Part shown: in pieces, positions 50,201-55,980 of the stretch | Layout: each line of letters starts with the position of its first letter | Position numbering within the stretch: position 1 is the first letter of the stretch | Translations under genes and position numbers: made by a program | DNA from: a virus | Virus record (IMG/VR): IMGVR_UViG_3300025127_000009 | Span: 1-64,000 of that record | Direction: 5' to 3' (one strand) | Length of the DNA: 64,000 nt | The notes under the pieces: generated by a model | The model's database searches: none | What the model was told of the DNA's origin: nothing | The model's input: only the letters and a program-made list of their open reading frames with translations

Positions 50201-51829
50201 TATTGTTTCGGTATCCAAAAATAGTTCAGGAGTTACCAGGCCCAAGGATTCAAGTTTGATATCGTTAAAAGGGTGTGGTTTATTATCTAAACTGTGATAC
50301 TTTCTCTCCGTGATAGATCTAAAATCTTTTATCTGCTGGTATAAACTGTCAAAATAACTCGCTACAATTTGAGTTACTTTTCTTAGTTGATTTCCATTTT
50401 CCCCGTCTTCATCAATAATCCAAGCGGGCATAGTATAATAAAGGCTAGAGTTATTATCTAAATCATATGCATACCCTTGTTCTTTCTTCGCGTCAGTAAA
50501 AGCAAGAACTTTAGGATGTTGCCTGTAGATGATTGGATCTTTAAACTCTTTAAATGAAGAAGAAGACTCGGTAATTGCTGAGCCATTATTCCTACCAACA
50601 CCAGCATAACCAACCCACTGCCCATTTGTAAGCCTACCAGAGTAATCTAAAATAACATTATCTATCTCATTTACTCCTGTGGTACCCTCATTGAACTTAT
50701 AATAAACTCCCAACGGTGTGTTCGCAACATCTTCATTAGAGCCTGCGCCAACCTGTGTGTTAAAGAATCTTCCGACTTCCTTGGAAGACCTTTCTTTCTT
50801 CCAAAACCTAAACTCGTCTAACGAGCCAGACAGTTTTCCGTAACCCAAACCTGCTGTACTCTGATGAAAGTCTCGATTTATTGTAGACAGCGTATTCTTA
50901 CCAGTGGCCAATGCCCCTATTACTCCAACTATAGGCGTATTAAGTTCTCCGACTGCAGAACCTGTTAGGGTAGAAAATTTGGGTGTGCCGTCAATATAAC
51001 CTCTAACTAAAACTGATCCTGAAATATTTTTAAAAGTAAACGCATAATGATGCCAGCCACCATCTTTAACTGAATTATATAAAGTTGAATCTCCAAAATT
51101 TAAGTTTTTGAATCCCGTAGTGCCCGACTGGTATGTCAAGTAAAATGGAGATTTTGAACCATTGCTCGAATCTAGTTCTATAGTCATGCGTCCGTGGCCT
51201 GACTTACTTTCACCTGTGCCTATTGTGTGCGCATCAAAGATTACCTCTCTTTGAGTTTTAGCAGTAACATACTCTGTCTTCTTCAGCCAAAACTCGACTG
51301 TGTTGCCTCTATTCCCATTGATTTCTAAATTAGAAGACCTAAAACTTGCAGTGCTATAAAAGTTGCCAATATTTGGGCCACCTTTTATATAGATGTATTC
51401 TTTTGTACCCGGATTTCCGTAAGACCCACTTGTGGTGCCTGAACTCCAGCCATTGCCGCCGGCTCGATTAGCACTTATTGTTATAAAACCTGTTGTTCTA
51501 GGGTATTCTTTTTCAAATAAATGAAGGTCAAAACCACTAGAGTTGTTGAAATATTCTTGCTTTTCTCTTAAAGAACCATCGTAAGGATATTCTTCCTGAA
51601 TTCTTTTTATGCCTGCTTCATAATATTCTGCCAAAGAACCGAATACTGCAAAGTTGGAACCTGTAGTGTAATCAGTGTGCGCTTTAAAACTATTTTTATC
51701 TTTGATATAGGCTTCGACGTAACCAATAGACTCTACATCATCAAGATATTGAGTAAAATTAGCCAGACTAACAATGTCTTTTTTAACGTCTTTACTGACT
51801 CTATCGCCAAATAACCTTTTTAAACTCAT
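35225..51829 (-). CDS. Giant baseplate wedge (gp7/P2 gpI-like) and adhesin protein, 5,534 aa
   Basis: IYKSKGTEKSFRNLF gpI/gp7-type motif (about 50045-50110); located after gp25 and gp6; LamG-like domains (TVEFWLK...WHHYAFT...LDEFRFW); 7 FG-GAP repeats. Confidence 0.8.
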   Translation of the reverse strand: MSLKRLFGDRVSKDVKKDIVSLANFTQYLDDVESIGYVEAYIKDKNSFKAHTDYTTGSNFAVFGSLAEYYEAGIKRIQEEYPYDGSLREKQEYFNNSSGFDLHLFEKEYPRTTGFITISANRAGGNGWSSGTTSGSYGNPGTKEYIYIKGGPNIGNFYSTASFRSSNLEINGNRGNTVEFWLKKTEYVTAKTQREVIFDAHTIGTGESKSGHGRMTIELDSSNGSKSPFYLTYQSGTTGFKNLNFGDSTLYNSVKDGGWHHYAFTFKNISGSVLVRGYIDGTPKFSTLTGSAVGELNTPIVGVIGALATGKNTLSTINRDFHQSTAGLGYGKLSGSLDEFRFWKKERSSKEVGRFFNTQVGAGSNEDVANTPLGVYYKFNEGTTGVNEIDNVILDYSGRLTNGQWVGYAGVGRNNGSAITESSSSFKEFKDPIIYRQHPKVLAFTDAKKEQGYAYDLDNNSSLYYTMPAWIIDEDGENGNQLRKVTQIVASYFDSLYQQIKDFRSITERKYHSLDNKPHPFNDIKLESLGLVTPELFLDTETINLFLNRNEDDEFKQKLSDVKNFIYNNIYNNLEAIYKSKGTEKSFRNLFRCFGIDNELIKINLYSTDSEYPIENGYSPVSVRTKYVNFSTEAHTDSSIIQTIDGLTGDYRLADARGYVTGTLVSEAHNFSDFGSTTQVQVFFPPRYAIGHPFYFSTPISSSIMGCHTVRKKTGTPGQTDSKTGEKYLADGSLLAWTSESDDVANFQLYVAKDTNDSRTAKFVLKCRNNLFSTIETPYIVDLYDSNRWNVAVRVGSDIPFSSNVSGSAVVNKIELIACESIGDAIKREYHVQSDFNTAGTAASAFIQYNSSGDQLPADGNFINLISAQGTSKRYEFDSNGSVTAGSISVTIDAGSVTNTYTNLMNAVNAASGHNGEIIATFDAGNRKITFTQSIVGDIGETEAADSIANATVQCHFQGGVNSTTQDFGVASKRFYLGAHRKDFDDQLQEETDVKVANFRHWLTSLDKEEIRRHAIDPSSYGLLSPSQMSFPLSNIGNVQIPQIDLLAINWDFSNLTGSNKTGQMWINDVSSGSLNDVHRLGAGKVGAITKVLHPAKGINFAVSTTSSVDMEMDSAAKLQAFESVRSSDMVKINLNDDQTFTRETKPIDYYYSFEKSMYSAISDEMMNFFAGVNDFSNLIGAPVEKYRQDYKAMSKLRQVFFDRIQNEPDIERYMEYYKWLDSSLSIMIDQLIPASVESSNDIQNVIESHILERNKYRSKYQGINLKEPTIIGNVRGINELLYDWQHGHAPFDADRIITESGAGYTGSTTITIPDGTVDGSSLGFTCSGRVGCNSTITLNDGSSTRIVYVTMNIGDGNDDIVSASGGPGDGTMATRLAAAINGSSSGAVAITAAVTTDGGSSGNGTASVVTLTHDSGGTFTITYGSNSNMNATFVKPAIPDVVTVVKAKSGDNCLWKKERAQRVTDTSSGNVVVDRDREIIRRIANTNVSGSTYVTRRLTRPYKFTVENQREVKGGSSFFGNSKRRFYAGVTKPSHKTYIAITGSEIQRVDCTDVQIPNEKKKWAAPADISHTSKDHDSDLVSPFSLYSSSLDDPKDYHAEIFSKVKKGVEISNLHTDAYGDDKEVTLQSPFTEKFVGGSAFRHVGLNKGQDSETTRFEGFRLLAQDQKLYVLPPNASGLTTGKVPIINESYATSRFLREPLAKSPVNIKNIKVNSLGNYSHVSDIVQFTSPRQSGRFVVDNLEQLTSSTSQSIINSLSSPTTLLASDTALGDDFGDSVAISGDYIVVGAPQEDHDVGGSNTLSGAGSVYVFKKTGNTWTQMQKLVASDRATTDKFGSSVAIDDPYIVVGAEQEDEDAAGSNTLSLAGSAYVFKRTGNTWAQTQKIVPSDRAAGDDFSLGEEGVAISGDYIAVGAHDNSTSAGAVYIFKRSGETWSQTQKVVSSDLAANDEFGRSVSLDGDTLVVGAPREDEDAAGSNTKSKAGSAYVFDRSSETWSQTQKIVASDRNSVDEFGTSVSISGDYIVVGAYFEDEDAAGGNTLGLAGSAYIFKKSSGTWSQQAKIVASDRAGNSQFGQVVAISGDNVVVSAARYNSYAGAAYLFQRNGTNWEQKFRFTPSSAGQRELGAAVAVGSDYILISETGRTDPLNGGAVFAHPIEAITKSLFGAKEFGKLPRTTRKNTITSRFSAPGGTEVAGDSRGGQSLDRETNQFSVYNSMNYRNLSVRGPRNYLDHLSYSSSVGSTNLETDHKININTRPRRVAYFDGSHGSSNSTVTIKKVKDNKFVTHPIPQNDHQYSWISASLRDGLVRNQIPGHLHSFTQASLGTATGSMRYERTYEFLTGSAIKEKRGSNIRKYVLDFAGLNTHVIDNINTDTNTVSSINSQFLTGTILHRQGPYGWPSWKQIRGGESQLGRLLRKRNIYAPVLKGTITPDENGLLEFNDESFLNESNAGRRVNAFNASYFSQGNYSWPKNIDHKRARYGRRVPSSDQVGKTQYRDSFSSETVDTVPEGWATHLASTAAVTTGPRIKANANDSSQKILALIGTANTTFASYTALNETFNLGFGFTGTPDSNLKHLRSVEYSVPFSAPLVIKYEFIVGSDSAGPSQDFSLTNAPEAQEDLFLQYKIGETGKYKTLHHIKGSELAKNTFHERFAVIDEPANKVFFRWVSIKINTSDHDHYGIRGVRVNKLGTDYRFNEPPVTINKYPIRTLSKPTTGNQLPVLASYTFSNNITNFANEELAIITDTKLTKKQKKNTLKRIDQFSLFPLNNEAYEPALYYREGIFPKEKNAFLKSSRGRPNFKLKFWRKDHKSRIQRDALNSQGEKISRLSVWPLDAQQNFKTVALRKTTDRLLGTDSTGAEKGVGSGELFAEYSIFHNNHMIPSASALFARPFPMQSTSSLPARNKYKILKLSGSYSNNMQPRGPYTFRSKTVNVPGAKKAFAVLRLESQPTNGKTLLLTSTDGIVYRFTANTTVTAPGDTVGDNVGQSSVKRLADRRYRIGADVSETIDNFIQMVNLTDSTEIDPSGNEFIATKEERPTGIGAATQTYVVITQTRPGATGNTVITGTSIDGSDSGTWYVATKNSAGSVSNTFIDGSNSVDSFESNIDTIPTFYPKNSSDFSYGVEVGFPPIGWACMGGDTAVINLDGSGNNTGDSSGTNTTCTIEDFTLGQHHHGGSNSGSLGAFRVSKLSLDANGKHVRTREDGTTVNVAGNASGLSTYQGIDTVEFRQRIKLTEPLVLKLKAGYDGGVTYYGMRKSLLVSQPLASLDRQTTVSAAAAKGLPRLNFNSSNATYSWARTTSSYQFPGVIRYHANSSDGFDGRPQNRFPLYVQVGSSKDGTWHTVGVLTGSALTSSYDPSYVPIISSTDNFSTDNRVKYHHFEHTVTASIKGNIRFLTYADIPSSTNTLHNQFGSSFNRSQWLITFVNVYETKEVERQIFFDREDFSSRVGVGITEMHNTASLDGNHNAGGNTTAGGTIRLPRKNNLFRTGFGAEVQTAGTVREYFSPNVSSFGESLIVPAAVDFKNINNYADIRYTNIKTPGFIQGFEDASGSYDFEVRVTSSKAPHMIYAKNDKLDNCLWGSQFYKVPEDEARNPFNFDSYEDFSYQSKLLAKGYSVLPEFRISEHMHHYINDVGGEDPFFSCRDTFLTLTGALGDSNSSSTGSGDFYKTYSHTDFMKQFNVVQESINETYPATSDGSVSPTRLTLTCRAFKKFLPYKGFYPADRMTQLASYFSSSYNQYVSGGHWRNVLAPYYAPGIGFNTVKSGIAVDYPVFEPHEDRLYNQYGVIFQSASLLADFKGSYFGIGEENYSSKDANGDTQFDFTGPGDSVIVNSNTTFAEVKNGIAHIYAGAALGDGDTFVITSLDGTAKTYTAKTSPSEVESNLQFAKSADITNENPTDTSGRFWADGLISLIESASGHNGKIACTTAERARRDFGPFYGTSFTFYADADAPKSVIVLIGVKTIVYSGTPSKHADENAGSSNMTAVVARQFDAGFVSKNRIEIGDASHWGQALTGSDFENDGKFGISFWMYLPSTNETDPNVSSNNRVHRNGVGDSRLLGQRGVICSLGSGNDATKNSWRTGLHLTYQVSPFMDNVSETENILGGSTSNDLVGSDGSTPDAAAVDNATTRGGDHPQAADFKYSPGDKSHAQIYFQLFGGNGKNYFCWQSGPGMTSTGSMPGNPLVEADWAHPGWNHFYVEADLKSRELQHFKVFRNGHQYDTDRGASQAGETNTSKDHNNAPFGNLGRTHVQYFHSAYDHTNSTSTRTTWTDAASHGGTPGTAGAPILLDGSRNCFIGNHLGNVNRINSHMMSGSYSQAMAVVEITNASNFNALSDATTIFSFNTTDGETITFKAASSTTTRGDFNPTAMNVAKSADDITIAKNIWKAVNAHPKLYAEINVSVAKVDIYQLLPGPAGNVTITNNQIGCLRFLNDNKFVGGEGGLGAYHYSEQKRAVARQGLTNQVDRSNAVAGELNARGGLFAPRTKDFLLDFLKPSELMMSEIVIVNKSLSNDEIKGLSGVVKNPKFNNNFTSSFGVSSPSRPRVNSSGKFIGPTNPYTIIDKSKHDNIVAWYRPGNDTGYNKKTTNEAQNAAGGRHATTNRLPVFNHAQPLHSGKVITAQTGSVNAYGLREDFPFTKNFLSGTFYGFTDWSGSIVNDIPAMEKQRQRWNGIVDVSNPYQYTYIYHSTENPGLATLAGAASFGAARSAAFRYKTWRFPFKSQTRGVASGDYWTPDDFGQEKNVIAFEGTFKDFALQITGAVRLPSYIQGSKHNFTDDNSIPRIGSASYGISHFTGSGDDSTVFSHGWRSLHGNTGIRKAVRIPFEAIIEPEIFTPPMGDDGEVNTALFYDMEPHPSASLNATFLRNRRFVGTDGTSKDKFVFKSDFNPLRADGVTSEYSSDDRFVMGLPKHSASNLATFNMDLAKSKSSLYAAAAHNFYAESLNFFIENRTGVTIRSSDELKEAVVHEVDDRIGGNIPYKMQISLVRADVAEERNRPGDNPMYNNPAAFGPPVDAGSSRTQIFGNDLPRSLTQVGYGFSPYTPPQYDKVAFVDYTFTPQDDVVYDSVESVLRDTEVVYSRQIRATGSVGHRGSGKSNNRKTVPSYNKRFAMQLSESFYGLSADNETAFVQSYNVNGEPISGKRSLVIQTKFECPTFDFTKVTSNQPRTDKTVQHLPKIKGIWHQSGDFGENALRPRVSIIGNKRPSRYKRDLKSLLGVQLEGDGIIGKMPEQRVISEAVVAIPFVTSQNTKQFFKLPEEEVYQAVRDQGFPNYKQLTEQDIADQRTNAGILDNILFSDQDDPRRTLNDGVTKVPVRNSVAEMVKNMLRYNIPPQLNFLKYNDKNGKYIEPFAMYIFPFDVTLSKQDIARIWQNTTPDIGLDFAFGQARRNGGEQTIQEVTVSHELFGAEDLLNPNVSLTEVPRTGWRVNGWKGGISQKLQWMVFKVKQKAETDFFRKKQLDRLPDGHPEKIVSIEKDKFNYGFNWPYDYFSLVELINLDAEVEFKFKRSLIVPDASGLVQLKHLLGRAPR
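45358..46545 (-). repeat. Seven FG-GAP repeats forming a beta-propeller inside the giant gene
   Basis: Repeats of ASD....D.FG.SVAI.GDYIVVGA...AGSAYVF.R....W.Q.QK; exact 26-nt DNA repeats at 45750-45775/46464-46489 and 45827-45852/46010-46035. Confidence 0.92.
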
Positions 51830-51831
51830 CT

Positions 51832-53757
51832 TTATTCAACTCTAAATTTAAACTCATCTTTGTTAACTACATTTTGTCCATAACAATCTGTAGATATTTC
51901 TAGTGCGTACATGTATCCGGGCTCAAAAAGAGACATGTCTAACTTGAAATAACTTCCACTTGAATCGTAAGAAGCCTTCGTATGAGGTATACTGCCTGAA
52001 CCATAAGATATAACCTCTGTATCATCTATAACCCTGTACGCTCTATAATATAAATTATATAGCACTTCGTTTGGACTTTTTCTTGTTGCAACAGAATAAA
52101 TGTTTGGTTGAAAATCTTTTTTTCTAACGTTGACCCTGAGAGAGGGTTTATCACTTGTTTTGTATGCTGACTTTAAATTGCCGATAGATAAAATATAATC
52201 TTCGTCTGCATTATTGTATGGAAGTGGTTTATGGGTTTTTACTTTTATTGCAGAACCAGTAAACAATTGTACTCCAGCAACAGTACTCCAAACATCATAA
52301 ACTTTAGTTGCAGATCCTGTATAGGCAAATGAAGCACTATACACACCTGTGTCCGTAGATAGATATGCAGATGCCCAATTCCTGTTGTTAACACGCACTC
52401 CTCCACCAATTGGAAACAATATCGGCTTTGCTGTGTTAGATATTTCATCATACAACCTTACTTTCATCAAAGTTTCCCCTGTTGATTGATCTGAGCCATC
52501 TGGTGAAGTTTTTAGAGCAGGTATATTACTTAAACCTTTTCTTGTATAGTTGTATATGTACAGTGTGTTTAAGTTTTCAGCACCTGTCGCTAGTGAAGAA
52601 CTTTTGAAAAAATTAGATCTGTCGTCTCCAATCGATGAATTCCATCTAGCCTCTATATGAGGCCTCTTAAAAAAGAACTCAGTGCCTCTGGCAAAAAACT
52701 TTTTTGTATAGTATGATCTGTTACGCGAACCATCTTCATACGTTCCTGACATTTTTATTAATACACCGTAGTTTTCTCTATCCGGATCAACTGTTGACTC
52801 TGCCTCCAGCCATTCTTCAACTAGGGATGTGATATTAATTTCTATATCTTCGGTCCCTTTGTGCAAAAACTGTGAATAGTGTGGGAGATTTTTCCCGGCA
52901 GTATATCCAACTTCATGGAAATCTCCCCCAGTGTTGGTCCAGCGAGTTTTTCCACCTTGTTGCACTACAGTTAAAGTAAAGACGCTATTATCTAATACGC
53001 TCGATGGGACAGTTGAACCTGCTGTGCCGCCGTTTCCGGTGTTAGTGAGTCTGACTGTTGCTCCGGTTGAGTCTGAAGTGTCGTCTTCTGATATTGAAGC
53101 AGAAATATTTATACTCTGAGCATCTAGTGCTGTTTTTACTTTTTTGGCAAAATGTTTAACAGTGGTCAAACCACCAGCAGATATATCTACTTCTATTTCA
53201 GTTCCGTCAAGACTAGGTGCTGATTGTGCCCCGTCATGATCAAACCAAAAATTGTATATGGCGTTGGAGTTGTCTCTTAAAACAAAATATTTTCCATTAT
53301 AATCTGCTTTTGTGGTGCTAATAAATTTAATGTCTGTAATATCGGGCACTTTTGTATCGTTGGCAAAAACCCAATTTGAAACCATTTCATCAGAATACTC
53401 TTCCATATCCAAGCCGCTGCCCTCAGACCAAGAACGCGATATAGGCAAAATCGCTAAAGAATAATTTTTTGGCAAAGATTGTCCGTGCTCCGCATTAAAG
53501 ATTCTAAGAACAAACTTGACACTACCTGACGCTGGTATTGTTGCTGCATCTCTGTCTGACTTTATTTTAGAGACAGGGAAATTTATTAACGCTCTAGACT
53601 TTTCCACGGAGCCTGACGAGGCTTGTCCGTAAATTGAAAAAACTTCAAGAATGTCAGATTCACCAGAATTGGAACCTGTGCCCCTAACAGATAAATTAGA
53701 TTTAAAAGCATTTGTAATCGTATTGTCAGCATTAGCAAAATATCTTTTAATAGTCAT
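51832..53757 (-). CDS. Baseplate-associated protein with a DNRLRE-like N-terminal domain (641 aa)
   Basis: RALINFPVSKI...IPASGSVKFVLRIFNA...LPISRSWSEGSG fits the DNRLRE-like pattern; lies between gp6 and the giant gene. Confidence 0.55.
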   Translation of the reverse strand: MTIKRYFANADNTITNAFKSNLSVRGTGSNSGESDILEVFSIYGQASSGSVEKSRALINFPVSKIKSDRDAATIPASGSVKFVLRIFNAEHGQSLPKNYSLAILPISRSWSEGSGLDMEEYSDEMVSNWVFANDTKVPDITDIKFISTTKADYNGKYFVLRDNSNAIYNFWFDHDGAQSAPSLDGTEIEVDISAGGLTTVKHFAKKVKTALDAQSINISASISEDDTSDSTGATVRLTNTGNGGTAGSTVPSSVLDNSVFTLTVVQQGGKTRWTNTGGDFHEVGYTAGKNLPHYSQFLHKGTEDIEINITSLVEEWLEAESTVDPDRENYGVLIKMSGTYEDGSRNRSYYTKKFFARGTEFFFKRPHIEARWNSSIGDDRSNFFKSSSLATGAENLNTLYIYNYTRKGLSNIPALKTSPDGSDQSTGETLMKVRLYDEISNTAKPILFPIGGGVRVNNRNWASAYLSTDTGVYSASFAYTGSATKVYDVWSTVAGVQLFTGSAIKVKTHKPLPYNNADEDYILSIGNLKSAYKTSDKPSLRVNVRKKDFQPNIYSVATRKSPNEVLYNLYYRAYRVIDDTEVISYGSGSIPHTKASYDSSGSYFKLDMSLFEPGYMYALEISTDCYGQNVVNKDEFKFRVE

Positions 53758-55553
53758 TAAATTGCTGTCCCTGTTATATCCTTGATTGGAAATTTGATTT
53801 CGTATACGTGATCGAAAGGTAATGTCAATGTTCTACCATCTATACTCAAATTGTCATTTATGATAAAAGTTATATCAGAGTATGGTCCACCTTTTTTGTT
53901 TGAGACAGTTACGTCTAATACATCTACAACTGAATCTAGGTTTCCGAGGATATTGTACACATCATTTAAATACAACCCTTCTCCGATTTCTGGGTGTATC
54001 CTAAAATATTCTTGAATTTCTCTATTGCATTGTAACACTGTTTCTGCCTTATTGGCTGTCGGGGCCACTAAAATTTCATAATTAATACCTAAATTAACTA
54101 TTTTAGCATCCATTATATCAAATGTATCGCCCATCATTTTATAAATTTCAATCCAATTTTTAAGATTATTCTTTAAAGTAATATTACTATTGATTAAACG
54201 TTTATCGTGATCTTCTGATATCACGTAAAGATTTATATTTCTTTTGAAAGAATCTCTATCAACATCAACTCTACATCTCTTTACTGCACCAAACTTTGAA
54301 GGCATTGCATAAGCCATGCTTACATAGTCTTGTCTTGTGACTGCCCTGTTTTGTGTTGAAAAAGAATTTTTGGCTCTAATTTTAATATCAGTCTCTGTAG
54401 GTATGGCGAGGTCACCGACAACCGGTTCTTCATTGAAGACTTCCAAAGAACGTCGTACTGTATTAAGTTTTGCTGCATCTAATGTTGCTTCGTCGTCAAA
54501 TTGTATTCTAGACTCGACCACTTTAGTTATTGAACCTGCAGGCGCATTAGAGACCTCGACGTCATCTGTTCTTAATTTTACCGACAGTGTTGTATTGGCA
54601 GGAGAGATTCCCATCTTATCTGTGGTCGTGAAATTTGTAGGATCTAGATAAGTGTTTGAAACATAATTTTTCCCAAACTGATTTAGCACAACGCGAGAAG
54701 GATCTAAGAAAGATCCAGATAATATTTCTTCATCACTGCCTTGACCAAATTGAATCTCTACGTAGCCAGGGAAGAATTCCGTCATAAATCTTCTTGGGAC
54801 CGAAAAAGGTTTTATTATATTTTTTACTCGATTTCTATCTTTGTTTCTATTAGAAACGTCTCTGTATATAACATCTTGAGAAAGATGCTCTACTTCATAA
54901 TACCTATGGCCTTCTGAATCTTCAACACTGATTACTTCTGAAATATTTTCGGCCTCTACTGTGACTTTGGCAAACCTTTTAAATATTCCTACATCCACAA
55001 ACTTTTCTTCTATAAAGCCAGATCTGACTTGTCCTGTTGCTTTTATGGCATATTCAGTAGGTGCTCCAGTTGTTGGATCAACCGTGGCAACAACAACTAA
55101 GTTATTAGAGTTTTTAAAATCAACATTCTCCATTAAGGAAAAGCGACCGCCACTTTCACTAGCGAAACTAGTTCCCTCTAAAGCAACAGGCGCATATCTT
55201 AAATCTGGGGCGTTGTTTGCAGAATTAACTGGTACAGTTATGTAAAGATCAACAATTCCGAAAGATGATATAGACTCGGAATATTTATAACCCATATTTT
55301 TAGATAAACTTATTATATTCTCTTTTTCTATTGCAGTATCTAAGAAACTTTCGTTTGCTTGATAATCTAAATAGAAAGACAGTACATCTCCCACATAAGC
55401 AACTGAGTCTAACAACAAAGAACCAAATGACGCTTCGTTAAAATCTTTATACGTATTGGGATAATACCTTTTTGCATGTTCCACCAACGAGTTTTTAATA
55501 GAATTAAAATCTCTGTCAGTGTATCTAATTGGAATATTTCTTTTTTCGGACAT
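53757..55553 (-). CDS. Baseplate wedge subunit, T4 gp6-like
   Basis: Motifs YTDRDFNSIK, DFNEASFG, AYVGDVLSFYLDYQANESFLDTA, MGYK, FGQG and QNRAVTRQDY. Confidence 0.93.
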   Translation of the reverse strand: MSEKRNIPIRYTDRDFNSIKNSLVEHAKRYYPNTYKDFNEASFGSLLLDSVAYVGDVLSFYLDYQANESFLDTAIEKENIISLSKNMGYKYSESISSFGIVDLYITVPVNSANNAPDLRYAPVALEGTSFASESGGRFSLMENVDFKNSNNLVVVATVDPTTGAPTEYAIKATGQVRSGFIEEKFVDVGIFKRFAKVTVEAENISEVISVEDSEGHRYYEVEHLSQDVIYRDVSNRNKDRNRVKNIIKPFSVPRRFMTEFFPGYVEIQFGQGSDEEILSGSFLDPSRVVLNQFGKNYVSNTYLDPTNFTTTDKMGISPANTTLSVKLRTDDVEVSNAPAGSITKVVESRIQFDDEATLDAAKLNTVRRSLEVFNEEPVVGDLAIPTETDIKIRAKNSFSTQNRAVTRQDYVSMAYAMPSKFGAVKRCRVDVDRDSFKRNINLYVISEDHDKRLINSNITLKNNLKNWIEIYKMMGDTFDIMDAKIVNLGINYEILVAPTANKAETVLQCNREIQEYFRIHPEIGEGLYLNDVYNILGNLDSVVDVLDVTVSNKKGGPYSDITFIINDNLSIDGRTLTLPFDHVYEIKFPIKDITGTAI

Positions 55554-55569
55554 ACCAACAAACCTCAGT

Positions 55570-55580
55570 AATAAATAGTT
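55570..55580 (-). promoter_or_regulatory. Putative late-promoter motif AACTATTTATT upstream of the gp6-like gene
   Basis: Exact copy of the 11-mer, overlapping the gp25 stop, 17 nt from the gp6 ATG. Confidence 0.5.
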
Positions 55581-55968
55581 ATCTATTGAATTTTGGATCG
55601 ATTGAAAGATTCAATATTTCATCTGTAGATATACCTGCAATTGAATATGTTAATTTAACCTGCATTAAATTTTCATTTTGTGCTTCAGTCATCCCTACTT
55701 CGACAAGTTGTATTTGTACGAAGGGCATATAAATAGAAACTTGCTCTATTATTGCAGATTCTAGTCTTGCCAAAGTAGTGCTTGACCCCTGATCAAAAAG
55801 ATAGTTTCTTAGGCCAACGCCAAACTCAGGATCCATCACTTTTTCTCCGGGCGCTGTTAGTATTAAATGTTTTAAATTTTGTTGCGTATTCTCTTCTATA
55901 GTTCTAGTTGCTTGAAATCCCTCTACCTTATTAATGTTTAAAGGTAGTTTTGGCGCTATACCATACAT
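55579..55968 (-). CDS. Baseplate wedge protein, T4 gp25/GPW-like
   Basis: QNLKHLILTAPGEKVMDPEFGVGLRNYLFDQ. Confidence 0.93.
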   Translation of the reverse strand: MYGIAPKLPLNINKVEGFQATRTIEENTQQNLKHLILTAPGEKVMDPEFGVGLRNYLFDQGSSTTLARLESAIIEQVSIYMPFVQIQLVEVGMTEAQNENLMQVKLTYSIAGISTDEILNLSIDPKFNR

Positions 55969-55980
55969 AATTTTACCCCC

